A DNA stretch of 64,000 nt from an uncultured Gammaproteobacteria bacterium (lineage in GTDB: Bacteria; Patescibacteriota; Microgenomatia; Levybacterales; GWA1-39-11), in NCBI GenBank assembly GCA_964448725.1, contig CAYVAJ010000001.1, forward strand, positions 7,525-71,524, given 5' to 3'. The notes beneath the pieces were generated by a model, which saw only the letters and a list, made by a program, of their open reading frames with translations, did no database searches and was not told where the DNA came from. The translations under genes were made by a program, and so were the position numbers. Positions 18,899-28,217 of this stretch are shown piece after piece (position 1 is the stretch's first letter; each line of letters opens with the position of its first letter).

Positions 18899-19765
18899 TT
18901 AGAGTTCTTGAAGAATTGTACTCTCACCTTTTTTATTATCTTTTATATACTGAAGGTAACGCTCAGTTGATGATAATCTTTTGTGTCCCAGTACCTTAGA
19001 TAAGAAAACAATAGACACTCCTTGTTTTAAGTGATGAGAGACAAATGTATGACGTAAATCATTGATTTTTGCATTTTCAATCCCTGCTTTACGGAAATGA
19101 CGTTCAACAGCATCACGAATATTTCGAACAAGAAATGGCTTTCCTGTTTTTGTCACAAATAAATGGTTGTCTTCTGTCTTTGTTCTGACCTCTAAGTACC
19201 GCTTTAAAGCTTCTTTTGCTCGTTTATTAAGTGGAACCTCCCGTGCTTCATGCCCTTCATGCGGACGAATATACAGTCCGTTCTCTCGTACATCATCAAG
19301 TCTAATATTTGCAAGTTCTCCAATACGAATCCCAGTTTGTAATAATACTTCAATAATTGCATAAATCCGAGGATCAGAAGATGCAGTATCACGAAGTGCG
19401 CGATATTCAAGTGGACTGAGAACGCGTGGTGGATTTAACTCATATTTAGGATGCTGAACCATAAGTGATGGATCATCAGTAATATACTCACTTATCTTTA
19501 AGAATCTATAAAATGTTCGTGTTGAGTTGAGTTTGCGTGATAATGATTTTGGAGTATAGCCTGTATCCTGCAACTTAGTTAAAAATGCTTGGATATCTTG
19601 ATCATTGACCTCATGGATATGCTGTTTTTCCAACTCCTCAAGAAAAGAAACAAGTTGGTCAATATCTTTTCCATATGCTAATATGGTTGCAGATGCCTTA
19701 TTTTTTCCTTTTAAGTAATCTTGAAATTTACCATGAGCGTCTCGAAGTTTTACCTGGTTTGACAT
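18899..19765 (-). CDS. Tyrosine recombinase, XerC/XerD family
   Basis: N-terminal SAM-like domain (SATILAY..D, SLSRKLNSTRTFY), TGIRIGE, NDLRHT, LGH, C-terminal Y. Confidence 0.88.
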   Translation of the reverse strand: MSNQVKLRDAHGKFQDYLKGKNKASATILAYGKDIDQLVSFLEELEKQHIHEVNDQDIQAFLTKLQDTGYTPKSLSRKLNSTRTFYRFLKISEYITDDPSLMVQHPKYELNPPRVLSPLEYRALRDTASSDPRIYAIIEVLLQTGIRIGELANIRLDDVRENGLYIRPHEGHEAREVPLNKRAKEALKRYLEVRTKTEDNHLFVTKTGKPFLVRNIRDAVERHFRKAGIENAKINDLRHTFVSHHLKQGVSIVFLSKVLGHKRLSSTERYLQYIKDNKKGESTILQEL

Positions 19766-19805
19766 AGACAAACCTATAATATCAACACACCTTCGTTTTG
19801 TCAAT

Positions 19806-20147
19806 ATGAATTATAAATTGATTTTAACCAGTATTACTATCATCATTTTAGTTATCATTCTTCGTAACACAATACTTTCCATTCATAATCTGATTGAAAA
19901 TGAAGGGACAGTACAAGATCTGCATGATGTGTTAGATGCTAAAAAAAAAGAAAATGAGTTTTTAACACAAAGACTCTCGTATGTAAAAAGCAACGAATTT
20001 GTAGAACATGAAGCACGTATAAAATTAGGTCTTGTAAGAGAAAATGAATATCCTGTATTTGTTATGCCACCCAATAATAATCAAGAAATCTCTGGGTTAA
20101 ATCAAAAACCAAACTGGGTAAAATGGAAAGAAGTTTTTAAGCTTTAA
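19806..20147 (+). CDS. Septum formation initiator (FtsB/DivIC family)
   Basis: TM plus coiled coil, then FVEHEARIKLGLVRENE and PNW..W tail. Confidence 0.75.
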   Translation: MNYKLILTSITIIILVIILRNTILSIHNLIENEGTVQDLHDVLDAKKKENEFLTQRLSYVKSNEFVEHEARIKLGLVRENEYPVFVMPPNNNQEISGLNQKPNWVKWKEVFKL

Positions 20148-20185
20148 TTTAGAAGTTATTATGCTCAGGTTTCAGGGATACCTTG

Positions 20186-20255
20186 TTGCGGGGCAAGGAG
20201 TTGAACCTTGTCTGCAAGATTATGAGCCTCGCGTGCAGCCGTACACTACCCCGCG
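20186..20255 (-). tRNA. Initiator tRNA-fMet(CAT)
   Basis: CGCGGGG/CCCCGCA with C1xA72 mismatch; loop CT-CAT-AA; TTCAA T loop. Confidence 0.9.
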
Positions 20256-20354
20256 GCAATGTACTCAAATTATATAGTTCAAACCGTATGTTGTCAAACA
20301 ACGAGCCACTCTGCTTGTTTTTTGCTCATTTTTACTGTACAATTCAGATTAATC

Positions 20355-21047
20355 ATGGCACAACGAGAAACTATTACAGTACAACCGCGAACAGTCTTTG
20401 GCAAACAGCTTAAAAAACTTCGAAGAGAAGGAATTCTTCCAGGAAATGTGTATGGCAAAAACTTTTCGTCTACCGCAGTTCAGCTTCCGTATAAAGATTT
20501 TATAGGACTTTATAACAAAGTAGGTACAACTGGGCTTGTTGATCTTGAGATTGATGGGAAAAAACATCCTGTTCTCATTCATAATATTGCAATTAATACT
20601 TTAACTCATGATCCAATACATGCTGACTTCTTTATTGTAAATTTGAAAGAAAAAATTACCGCAAATGTACCTATTATTGCTGAGGGAGAGGCAAGCGCTG
20701 TTGCAGAAAAGAAAGGTATATTACTTCAATTACTCAATGAGGCTGAAATAGAAGCACTACCTTCTGATCTTCCTGAGTCTATTGTTGTTGATGTGACATC
20801 ACTTGCCGAAGTTGATGAACAAATAACAGTTGAGCAGCTAAGCACACCAACTGGTGTTACACTTCTTAACGAAGCTAATCAAGCAGTATTCAAAATAGGT
20901 GAATTAGTAACCCAAGAGGCACAAGAACAAGAAGCACAAGAAGAAGCTGAGGCTGCAGCAGCAAGTGAAGAAGGCGCAACAGAAAGTGAATCAACTGAAA
21001 AATCTGAAGGTGAATCATCATCTGACAGTGCTGAGAAGCAAGAATAA
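20355..21047 (+). CDS. rplY: 50S ribosomal protein L25/Ctc
   Basis: LRREGILPGNVYG, HADF, ALPSDLPESI, acidic tail; start refined to MAQRE. Confidence 0.93.
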   Translation: MAQRETITVQPRTVFGKQLKKLRREGILPGNVYGKNFSSTAVQLPYKDFIGLYNKVGTTGLVDLEIDGKKHPVLIHNIAINTLTHDPIHADFFIVNLKEKITANVPIIAEGEASAVAEKKGILLQLLNEAEIEALPSDLPESIVVDVTSLAEVDEQITVEQLSTPTGVTLLNEANQAVFKIGELVTQEAQEQEAQEEAEAAAASEEGATESESTEKSEGESSSDSAEKQE

Positions 21048-21055
21048 TTACTTCT

Positions 21056-21445
21056 CTACTCTAACTCCTTGGCTAATACCTCTGCCTCAAAAAAATTAGG
21101 GTCTATAAACAACGCTTTTTCTATAAAATCCTTTGCCTTTTCATGTTCACTGAGACGTGTAGCATACACGGCTGCCTCATAATATGCAACAGGAAACTGC
21201 GGATGTTGCGAAATAACTGACTCCCAGTATATAAGCTTTTCTTTTACTTGTTGCCTAACAACTAGCTCACTCTGGTACTTCTGATATGTCTGATTCAATA
21301 ATATTCCCAGAGTTGCGGTAAAAGACACCAAAAATATCACTACAAATACTCCTAATCCCTGCTTGAGATTACCATTTGAAGAAAATTGTTTGGAAAAATG
21401 CGGTAATGTTGCGGTTATTTTGCGGAGATAATCAACTTTGGGCAT
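21056..21445 (-). CDS. Membrane-anchored TPR protein
   Basis: TM segment followed by a TPR-like 'P.AYYEAA...A..FIEKAL.IDP' repeat. Confidence 0.65.
   Translation of the reverse strand: MPKVDYLRKITATLPHFSKQFSSNGNLKQGLGVFVVIFLVSFTATLGILLNQTYQKYQSELVVRQQVKEKLIYWESVISQHPQFPVAYYEAAVYATRLSEHEKAKDFIEKALFIDPNFFEAEVLAKELE
21399..21431 (+). repeat. 3 x 11-bp TGCGG repeat cluster A
   Basis: TGCGGTAATGT-TGCGGTTATTT-TGCGGAGATAA. Confidence 0.65.
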
Positions 21446-21451
21446 AGATGC

Positions 21452-21513
21452 ATTATATCGCTGACATGCAACTCTGTCAAAAAGTTGACAAAAAGAGTTA
21501 GCAGTCGTAAACT
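21452..21513. promoter_or_regulatory. Back-to-back divergent sigma70 promoters (TPR gene / glmS)
   Basis: Minus: TTGACA (21480-21475)-17-TATAAT-6-ATG. Plus: TTGACA (21485-21490)-17-TAAACT. Confidence 0.75.
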
Positions 21514-21545
21514 CTAGACACGTATAGGCTGCTCTTTATGAATAC

Positions 21546-21735
21546 AGGCGTGTAGGTCTGGTAAAGTTTGCCGGACAACGAGGAGAAGGGTTTTGATGTT
21601 CTATCAAAACAATCGGACCTCTGAATATTTATTCAGAGAGTATTTGCGGAAACCTTCAGGGTGTAGTACCATCCTAAAGCCTGCTGACAAACCATTATCG
21701 TAAGATTTTGTTGAAAACAGCAAGCACGTTACTCT
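21546..21735 (+). ncRNA. glmS ribozyme/riboswitch-like RNA (variant)
   Basis: In the glmS 5' UTR. P1 GTCTGGTAA/TTGCCGGAC, then ACGAGG, P2 GAAGG/CCTTC, ATCG, GCGG, P3 AGGGTG/CATCCT, P4 TGCTG/CAGCA, in the glmS-ribozyme order. Confidence 0.7.
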
Positions 21736-21849
21736 CCTATACTCCAGAATTATTTACATTTGTTATTGATATTTGACTATTTGCGCACTTTTTATGTGTG
21801 TGTTTTAAAGAGCCAATAATCATTCAATGTTCATCAATATTTTAGTCCT

Positions 21850-23607
21850 ATGTGTGGAATATTTGGTTATCTAGGAAAACAATCAAATGCGGGAGATATG
21901 ATCCTTGAAGGGCTTAAGTCACTCGAGTACCGGGGTTATGACTCATGGGGCATTGTTGTAAAACAGGAAGACAATCAGCTGTACATAGAAAAGCATGCTG
22001 GAAAAATTGGAGATGCGACAATTCCATCTCTTAATGCACATGCAGGTATTGGACATACTCGCTGGGCTACTCATGGAGGAGTGACAGAGAAGAATTCACA
22101 TCCTCACCTTGACTGCAACCAAGAAATTGTAATTGTTCACAATGGAATCATTGAAAATTTTGCGCAACTAAAAAGCAAATTAAAGAAAACTCATACGCAT
22201 TTATCAGAGACTGATTCAGAGGTCTTTGCACACATGGTTGAAGAGAGACTCATTTATCATAATTCTTTTGCTAAAGCTGTACTTGACGCTTTTAAAGAGA
22301 CAGAAGGCTTGAGTGCAATTATCGCTTTCAGACCATCAACTAACGAGTTTGTTGCTGTAAAAAACGGCTCTCCCTTAGTTTTTGGTATGAAAGATCAAGA
22401 ATTCTTTCTTGCTTCAGATAGTGCTGCTCTACTGCCACATACTCAGGAGGTATATTTCTTAGAAGACAATGATGTACTTCTAATATCACAAAACGCCTAT
22501 TCATTGTATGATTTTACTTATACTCCCAAACCTATTTCTTTTACAAAACTAGAGTTTTCTGCTGATGAGATTGTTTTAGGTAAACATCCAAACTTCATGA
22601 TGAAAGAAATGCATGAGCAGCCATTTATTATTCGCAAAATCATGCTTGAACAACAAGAAAACATACAAGAAGCTGCACATGTCATTAAAAATGCATATGG
22701 GACATACTTTATGGGGTGTGGAACCGCATACTATGCAGCACTTGCTGGTACATATCTTTTCTCTAAAATTGCACAGCGACATATAAATGCAAGTGTAGGA
22801 TCGGAGTTCTCATATTTAGTTGATTTCCTTCAAAAGGAAAGTCTTGTTGTTGCACTTTCTCAAAGTGGCGAAACTATTGATATTATCTCGAGTGTAAAAG
22901 CTGCAAAACAACAAGAAGCACAGATTATGGCAATTACCAATGTACTTGGCTCAACATTATACCGTATGGCAGATCACCGATTACTCCTCACTGCAGGCCC
23001 AGAAAAATGTGTGCTTGCAACAAAGTCATTTATTGCAAAAATTACATATCTGTATTTTCTTGCTCACGCCTTAAACGGTGATAAAAACCTGGCTAAAAAG
23101 AATATTGAATATGCAGCAAATGAAGTAGAAACGTTACTAAAAAATCAAGATAAGATCCACACACTAGCCAAGAGAATTAAGAAACATCATCATCTATATA
23201 TTCTTGGCCGTGGTATATCCTACCCAACGGCACTTGAATCTGCACTAAAGATTAAAGAAGTCTCATATATTCACGCAGAAGGATTTGCTGCAGGAGAATT
23301 AAAACATGGGGTAATCGCACTTATTGAGCCAGGAACACCTGTTATTGTCTATAACCCAGAGGATGAAACATATGATGATACACTCTCCTCTGCTCATGAA
23401 GTTAAAGCCAGAGGAGCACATATAATAGGAGTCTCAAGCAAAAAAAATGATATATATGACACCTATATTCCGGTAAAAAATTGCGGAGATGCGACAATTA
23501 TCCCGAATGTTGTAGTTGCCCAACTACTCGGCTATTACTTGGCACAGGAGCTTGGATTTGACCCTGATAAGCCACGAAATCTGGCCAAAAGTGTTACGGT
23601 AAAATAA
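21850..23607 (+). CDS. glmS: Glutamine--fructose-6-phosphate transaminase
   Basis: MCGIFG, LEYRGYDS, GHTRWATHG, SQSGET, PRNLAKSVTV. Confidence 0.97.
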   Translation: MCGIFGYLGKQSNAGDMILEGLKSLEYRGYDSWGIVVKQEDNQLYIEKHAGKIGDATIPSLNAHAGIGHTRWATHGGVTEKNSHPHLDCNQEIVIVHNGIIENFAQLKSKLKKTHTHLSETDSEVFAHMVEERLIYHNSFAKAVLDAFKETEGLSAIIAFRPSTNEFVAVKNGSPLVFGMKDQEFFLASDSAALLPHTQEVYFLEDNDVLLISQNAYSLYDFTYTPKPISFTKLEFSADEIVLGKHPNFMMKEMHEQPFIIRKIMLEQQENIQEAAHVIKNAYGTYFMGCGTAYYAALAGTYLFSKIAQRHINASVGSEFSYLVDFLQKESLVVALSQSGETIDIISSVKAAKQQEAQIMAITNVLGSTLYRMADHRLLLTAGPEKCVLATKSFIAKITYLYFLAHALNGDKNLAKKNIEYAANEVETLLKNQDKIHTLAKRIKKHHHLYILGRGISYPTALESALKIKEVSYIHAEGFAAGELKHGVIALIEPGTPVIVYNPEDETYDDTLSSAHEVKARGAHIIGVSSKKNDIYDTYIPVKNCGDATIIPNVVVAQLLGYYLAQELGFDPDKPRNLAKSVTVK

Positions 23608-23608
23608 A

Positions 23609-23641
23609 TGCGGTAATACGTCGGGAATTATGCGGTAATAA
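23609..23641 (+). repeat. 3 x 11-bp repeat cluster B (33-bp direct repeat, left copy)
   Basis: TGCGGTAATAC-GTCGGGAATTA-TGCGGTAATAA. Confidence 0.75.
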
Positions 23642-23753
23642 AATTGTGTTTTAAACGGACGTTTTAATCCCCTTCAGGTACAGTCTCTAAAATAGTAAAT
23701 AAATAAGAAATTAGACCTTGAATAAATTAGTGCCGGTAAACTACACTAATTAG

Positions 23754-24269
23754 GTGAGCAATACATTGACAATTTACCCTGATAAGCGATTTATTGTGTG
23801 GAAGTTCTTCGCAATTTGTCTGATTGTTCTATTTTTCTCAACTTTTGTATTCTTTGGTACCTATGGAATATTCTCATTTTTAATCACATTGTTGGTTTTT
23901 ATTCCAGTACTGTACGTTGTTAGAATTATTGATAATTTCATGTCAAGAATTACATTAAAACAAAATAAAATTAGTTTTAATAAATGGTTCTTTTTTAGAT
24001 ACACCCTGTCACTTGAAAAAGTCATGGGTTATCACCTTGAAGTAAATAAAGAAGATAGGCAAAGAGCGGGTATTGAAGCTACTGAATTAAAAATAATTTC
24101 TTTTCCTCTGCTCACAGATGCATTAAGAGTTTACAATCAAATAAAGAGGCAGAAACTTGTCTTTTTAGGTGTGAATGATCAAATACTCGAGGAAATAGAT
24201 CTGACTGTATTTAACAATCAAGATATTCAAAAACTCACTGATACTCTTTCTCTAAATATTTTGCGGTAA
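23754..24269 (+). CDS. Hypothetical two-TM protein flanked by direct repeats
   Basis: GTG start 6 nt after TACACT; two TM helices; AT-rich. Confidence 0.65.
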   Translation: MSNTLTIYPDKRFIVWKFFAICLIVLFFSTFVFFGTYGIFSFLITLLVFIPVLYVVRIIDNFMSRITLKQNKISFNKWFFFRYTLSLEKVMGYHLEVNKEDRQRAGIEATELKIISFPLLTDALRVYNQIKRQKLVFLGVNDQILEEIDLTVFNNQDIQKLTDTLSLNILR

Positions 24270-24294
24270 TAGATCGGGAATTATGCGGGAATAA
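24262..24294 (+). repeat. 3 x 11-bp repeat cluster C (33-bp direct repeat, right copy)
   Basis: TGCGGTAATAG-ATCGGGAATTA-TGCGGGAATAA; 30/33 identical to cluster B. Confidence 0.75.
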
Positions 24295-26394
24295 TTAAGA
24301 TTGAGGCCAGGAAGAAATTATCATCATTTCATCCGTCAATTTCAGCTGTTTATTAATTTCCTCTGTTACAAACGGCATAAAAGGATGCAGAAGCTTGAGA
24401 AGCATTAAATAAAGCGAGCTAAGAACGATGAATGATTTTTCGTCTACCCTATTTTTTACGTCTTCTATGTAGTTATCAGCAAATTCGTGCCAGGCAAAGT
24501 CATACAGGTTTTGTGCTGCGTGATTGAAGTCATAGTTATCAAGCAGCCGCGTGATATCTTCTGCAAGAGCCTTTACTTTCTGAATCATTGCCACATCGCT
24601 TTCATGCTCAGCAATTTTTTTAAGTTGTGCAAAAGAAGTGGCAATTTCCATTGATACCCCTTCTGGTTTTTTCATTTCAATGAATCTGCCCATATTCCAC
24701 AATTTATTGGTAAATTTACGCATTGCATCAAGCTTGGGATAAGAAAGTGCCTGGTCATGTCCAAGTGCTGTTCCATACACAAGTGCAAATCGTACTGCAT
24801 CTGCTCCATATTGCTCAATTACCTCAAGTGGATTTACAACATTTCCTTTTGATTTACTCATTTTCTTGCCCAATGGATCATTTACTAACCCATGAAGCAC
24901 AATGTCTGAAAATGGTTTTTTCCCCGTTACAAAATATCCTAGCATTACCATACGAGAGACCCAGGCACGTAGAATATCGTACCCTGTTTCCATAACACTC
25001 GTTGGGTAAAACTTTTCAAAATCACCTTCTTTAGTTGTTTGCAGTGTTGCAAATGGCCACTGACCTGAGGAAAACCATGTATCAAATGTATCAGTATCCT
25101 GTTCCCAATCTCCGCTTGTTGGTGGATCACCTTCAGTAACTATCCATTCACCAGTATGAATATTGCGCCAAGCAGGAATACGAATCCCCCAAACTAATTG
25201 ACGACTAATATTCCAATCCCGTAGATTTTCAAGCCACTGATTATAATGGCTAACAAAATTCTCAGGGTAAATTGTAATATCACCATTTTTTACTGCTTCA
25301 ATTGCCTTATCAGCCAAAGGACGGACTTTTACAAACCATTGTTCAAGAGGCAATGGTTCAATTACCATTTTGCACTTATAACATGTTCCTACTCTATTGA
25401 CATAGTCTTCATCGATCTTCTCAATCAAACCTTTTGCCTGCATCTCTTCAACAATTGCTGTGCGTGCCTGTTTGACATACAGTCCTGCAAATTTGCCAGC
25501 GTGTTCATTTAATTTGCCATCATATCCAATCACCTGCTTAAGTGGCAAATTGTGTCGCTTTGAAACCTCAAAATCATTAAAATCATGCGCTGGAGTAATT
25601 TTTACCACACCAGTTCCAAAGTCAGGATCTACAATGTCATCTCCAACCACTGCTATTTTTGCTGGACCCAAAACTGTTTCAATATCAATCGTCTGTCCTA
25701 TATATTGTTGATATCGCGGATCATTAGGGTTCACCGCAACAGCAGTATCACCAAATTTTGTTTCTGGTCTAGTTGTTGCTAAGACTAATGGCCCATATTT
25801 GATGTAATACAAAGGGCTTTTTTTTTCTTCATATACAACCTCAAGATCTGAAAAAGATGTTCCGTCTTTTGTACAATAATTTACCAAACGATTGTCACGA
25901 TATATTAGTCCTTGATCATACATTTTCTTAAAAGTACGATGTACTACTTTGACAATATCTTCATCAAGTGTGAATGTTGACCGTGACCAGTCAAGTGAAA
26001 AACCTAATGTGCGAAGTTGCTTCTCCATACCACCTTTATTTTCCTGTACATAATCCCAGATCATGGTATATAAGGTATCGCGGTCATAATCAAAACGGGA
26101 CTTTCCTTGTTCTTGTAATTTCTTTTCAAAGACAAACTGGGTTTCAAATCCTGCATGGTCAGCACCTGGTACCCAAAGAGCAGCATACCCTTGCATGCGC
26201 TTAAATCGTATAAGTATATCTTCTAGCACCATCATTGCATGGCCGAAATGCAATGAGCCGTTTGCGTTAGGAGGAGGAAGTATGATCGTATATGGTTTTC
26301 CATCCGGGTTTACCTCTGGCGCAAAATATCCATTTTTCTCCCATGATGTATAAATTGATTGTTCTACGGACTTATGATTGTATGCTTTATCCAT
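24295..26394 (-). CDS. valS: Valine--tRNA ligase (short, no C-terminal coiled coil)
   Basis: PPPNANGSLHFGH, ATTRPET editing domain, DWNISRQ, KMSKS. Confidence 0.95.
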   Translation of the reverse strand: MDKAYNHKSVEQSIYTSWEKNGYFAPEVNPDGKPYTIILPPPNANGSLHFGHAMMVLEDILIRFKRMQGYAALWVPGADHAGFETQFVFEKKLQEQGKSRFDYDRDTLYTMIWDYVQENKGGMEKQLRTLGFSLDWSRSTFTLDEDIVKVVHRTFKKMYDQGLIYRDNRLVNYCTKDGTSFSDLEVVYEEKKSPLYYIKYGPLVLATTRPETKFGDTAVAVNPNDPRYQQYIGQTIDIETVLGPAKIAVVGDDIVDPDFGTGVVKITPAHDFNDFEVSKRHNLPLKQVIGYDGKLNEHAGKFAGLYVKQARTAIVEEMQAKGLIEKIDEDYVNRVGTCYKCKMVIEPLPLEQWFVKVRPLADKAIEAVKNGDITIYPENFVSHYNQWLENLRDWNISRQLVWGIRIPAWRNIHTGEWIVTEGDPPTSGDWEQDTDTFDTWFSSGQWPFATLQTTKEGDFEKFYPTSVMETGYDILRAWVSRMVMLGYFVTGKKPFSDIVLHGLVNDPLGKKMSKSKGNVVNPLEVIEQYGADAVRFALVYGTALGHDQALSYPKLDAMRKFTNKLWNMGRFIEMKKPEGVSMEIATSFAQLKKIAEHESDVAMIQKVKALAEDITRLLDNYDFNHAAQNLYDFAWHEFADNYIEDVKNRVDEKSFIVLSSLYLMLLKLLHPFMPFVTEEINKQLKLTDEMMIISSWPQS

Positions 26395-26524
26395 ATATCC
26401 TGGATTCTAGCATAAATTAGGAGATGCGTACAGGCTGGTCTTATAAAAATGAGAGGATATGATCAAGCTAAAGAAAGACACTTGCAGTGTACAACCTACC
26501 CACCTATAATATCTTCTGAATCAT

Positions 26525-28090
26525 ATGAAGCTTAATACTCTTTCTCGTTATCTTATATCAGTATTTTCTAAAAATAATATTCATTCTACCGATCAATCAG
26601 GAATTCGCGTAAATCCAATTGTCTCAGAACTAGCAACTTGGTATGAAAAAATGAGAAATGCCATGGACTACCGTGACGATGAGGTTGTACTGAGAGCAGC
26701 TATTGAGAGAATTCTTAAAAGAAGACATTTCTATGGAGGAAATGGTAAAACAATTGCCGCACCTTTACTACGGGAACTTACGTGGGCACGATATTTTCCT
26801 GATGGCAGCATTGCAGAAGCGCAGACTGCCGAGGTAGAAAAAACCATAGACATGTACTTAAAGCTTCGTGAACAAGTGCTCTCAACTCATAAAATAGAGG
26901 AAGGAAAATTAAATACATTTATTTATCATCTTATTTCATCTCATCTTACATATTTACTTAGACCAGACAACAAACAAGAAACCATGGCAAACTACATGTT
27001 TCATATTTTGAAAGATAGTATTGTCCTTGAAGACGATTCTCAAACTACCCGCGACGCACAGGTATTTATTGCCACACGCAGAGCATTTGCCAAAGATGAT
27101 TTAGCACTGCTTCATTACCACCTGTTTGTTCAATATTTTGGTATACCAACAGATAACACCCTCCCTACAATTATCTCTGGATTTAAAAAAGGATATACAG
27201 AAATTCAGACACAGCTTAATTACCCCCTACGACATAAAATCTTTTCAATCATAAAACGTGCTACTCCGCCATTCCTGATATTGGAAGAAGTATTATTACG
27301 AAATACTGCGCATATCGAATCCATCGTAACGGACAATCAAAAGCTGGTTGACGAAATTGTTATAGTGAGTAATGAAAAATATGCTGCAATACGCTCAAAA
27401 ATTAAACGAGCAGTTATTAGAAGCCTTATATTTTTAGTATTAACCAAAACAGTTATTGCTCTTTCTATTGAAGGCACATTTGAAAGTATTGTATATGGGG
27501 AAATCATGTGGGGGAGTATTATACTTAATATTATTATTCCACCAATATTGCTCGCAATCGCTGTTGCTTTTATCCAGCCACCAGGTAAAGAAAACACAGC
27601 GATAATTGTCAAAAGAATTACTACACTACTCTATGACGAAAATCCTCAGGGTGCACATCAAATTTCCTTGGCACGAATATCAAAGAAACGTAAATCATTT
27701 CTTTATCCCTTATTTTCTTTGTTGTGGATTGGTGCATTTTTTGCCAACTTTGGTTTGATTATTTGGCTACTGAACGCCTTAGGATTTAATCCAATCAGTC
27801 AAGCCATCTTTATTTTCTTTTTAACAATTGTCTGTTTTCTCATATACCGAATTTACCAAACAGCGCGCACATTTACGGTAACACGAAAACAAAATTTACT
27901 AACACCTATTGTTGATTTTTTCTTCATGCCCATAGCACGAGTAGGGAGACATATTACTGAGGGAGTCTCTCAAGTGAATGTCTTTTTAGTGATTCTTGAT
28001 CTTCTCATCGAAGCGCCTTTTAAAGGGCTCTTCTCATTTTTCGAACAATGGTTCGTGTTTTTACACACCAAAAGAGAGTACCTTGAATAG
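26525..28090 (+). CDS. Conserved hypothetical membrane protein
   Basis: YEKMRNAMDYRDDEVVLRAAIERILKRR N-terminus; multiple C-terminal TM helices. Confidence 0.75.
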   Translation: MKLNTLSRYLISVFSKNNIHSTDQSGIRVNPIVSELATWYEKMRNAMDYRDDEVVLRAAIERILKRRHFYGGNGKTIAAPLLRELTWARYFPDGSIAEAQTAEVEKTIDMYLKLREQVLSTHKIEEGKLNTFIYHLISSHLTYLLRPDNKQETMANYMFHILKDSIVLEDDSQTTRDAQVFIATRRAFAKDDLALLHYHLFVQYFGIPTDNTLPTIISGFKKGYTEIQTQLNYPLRHKIFSIIKRATPPFLILEEVLLRNTAHIESIVTDNQKLVDEIVIVSNEKYAAIRSKIKRAVIRSLIFLVLTKTVIALSIEGTFESIVYGEIMWGSIILNIIIPPILLAIAVAFIQPPGKENTAIIVKRITTLLYDENPQGAHQISLARISKKRKSFLYPLFSLLWIGAFFANFGLIIWLLNALGFNPISQAIFIFFLTIVCFLIYRIYQTARTFTVTRKQNLLTPIVDFFFMPIARVGRHITEGVSQVNVFLVILDLLIEAPFKGLFSFFEQWFVFLHTKREYLE

Positions 28091-28217
28091 CCTCTTTAAT
28101 ATTGAGATTCCTGTATTTTTCGAACAACTAAAACTGTACTTTTCACGTCTTATCATGGTATGATAAAAACCAATTTTCTTTCCAGAGCAAAGGCTTGAAA
28201 ATTACTCAAAACCAAAC

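Noticed and set aside
18899-20255. Tyrosine recombinase near tRNAs as a prophage or island integrase
   Set aside because: Xer-sized with no arm-binding domain, flanked by housekeeping-type genes, with no cargo or matching att pair.
23609-24294. 33-bp direct repeats as a CRISPR array
   Set aside because: Only two copies, about 620 bp apart with a gene between them; no spacer periodicity and no cas genes.
24295-26394. valS truncated by the repeat at its 3' end
   Set aside because: Catalytic, editing and anticodon-binding regions are present. Only the coiled-coil arm is missing, which I recall is common in CPR, so it is not called a pseudogene.
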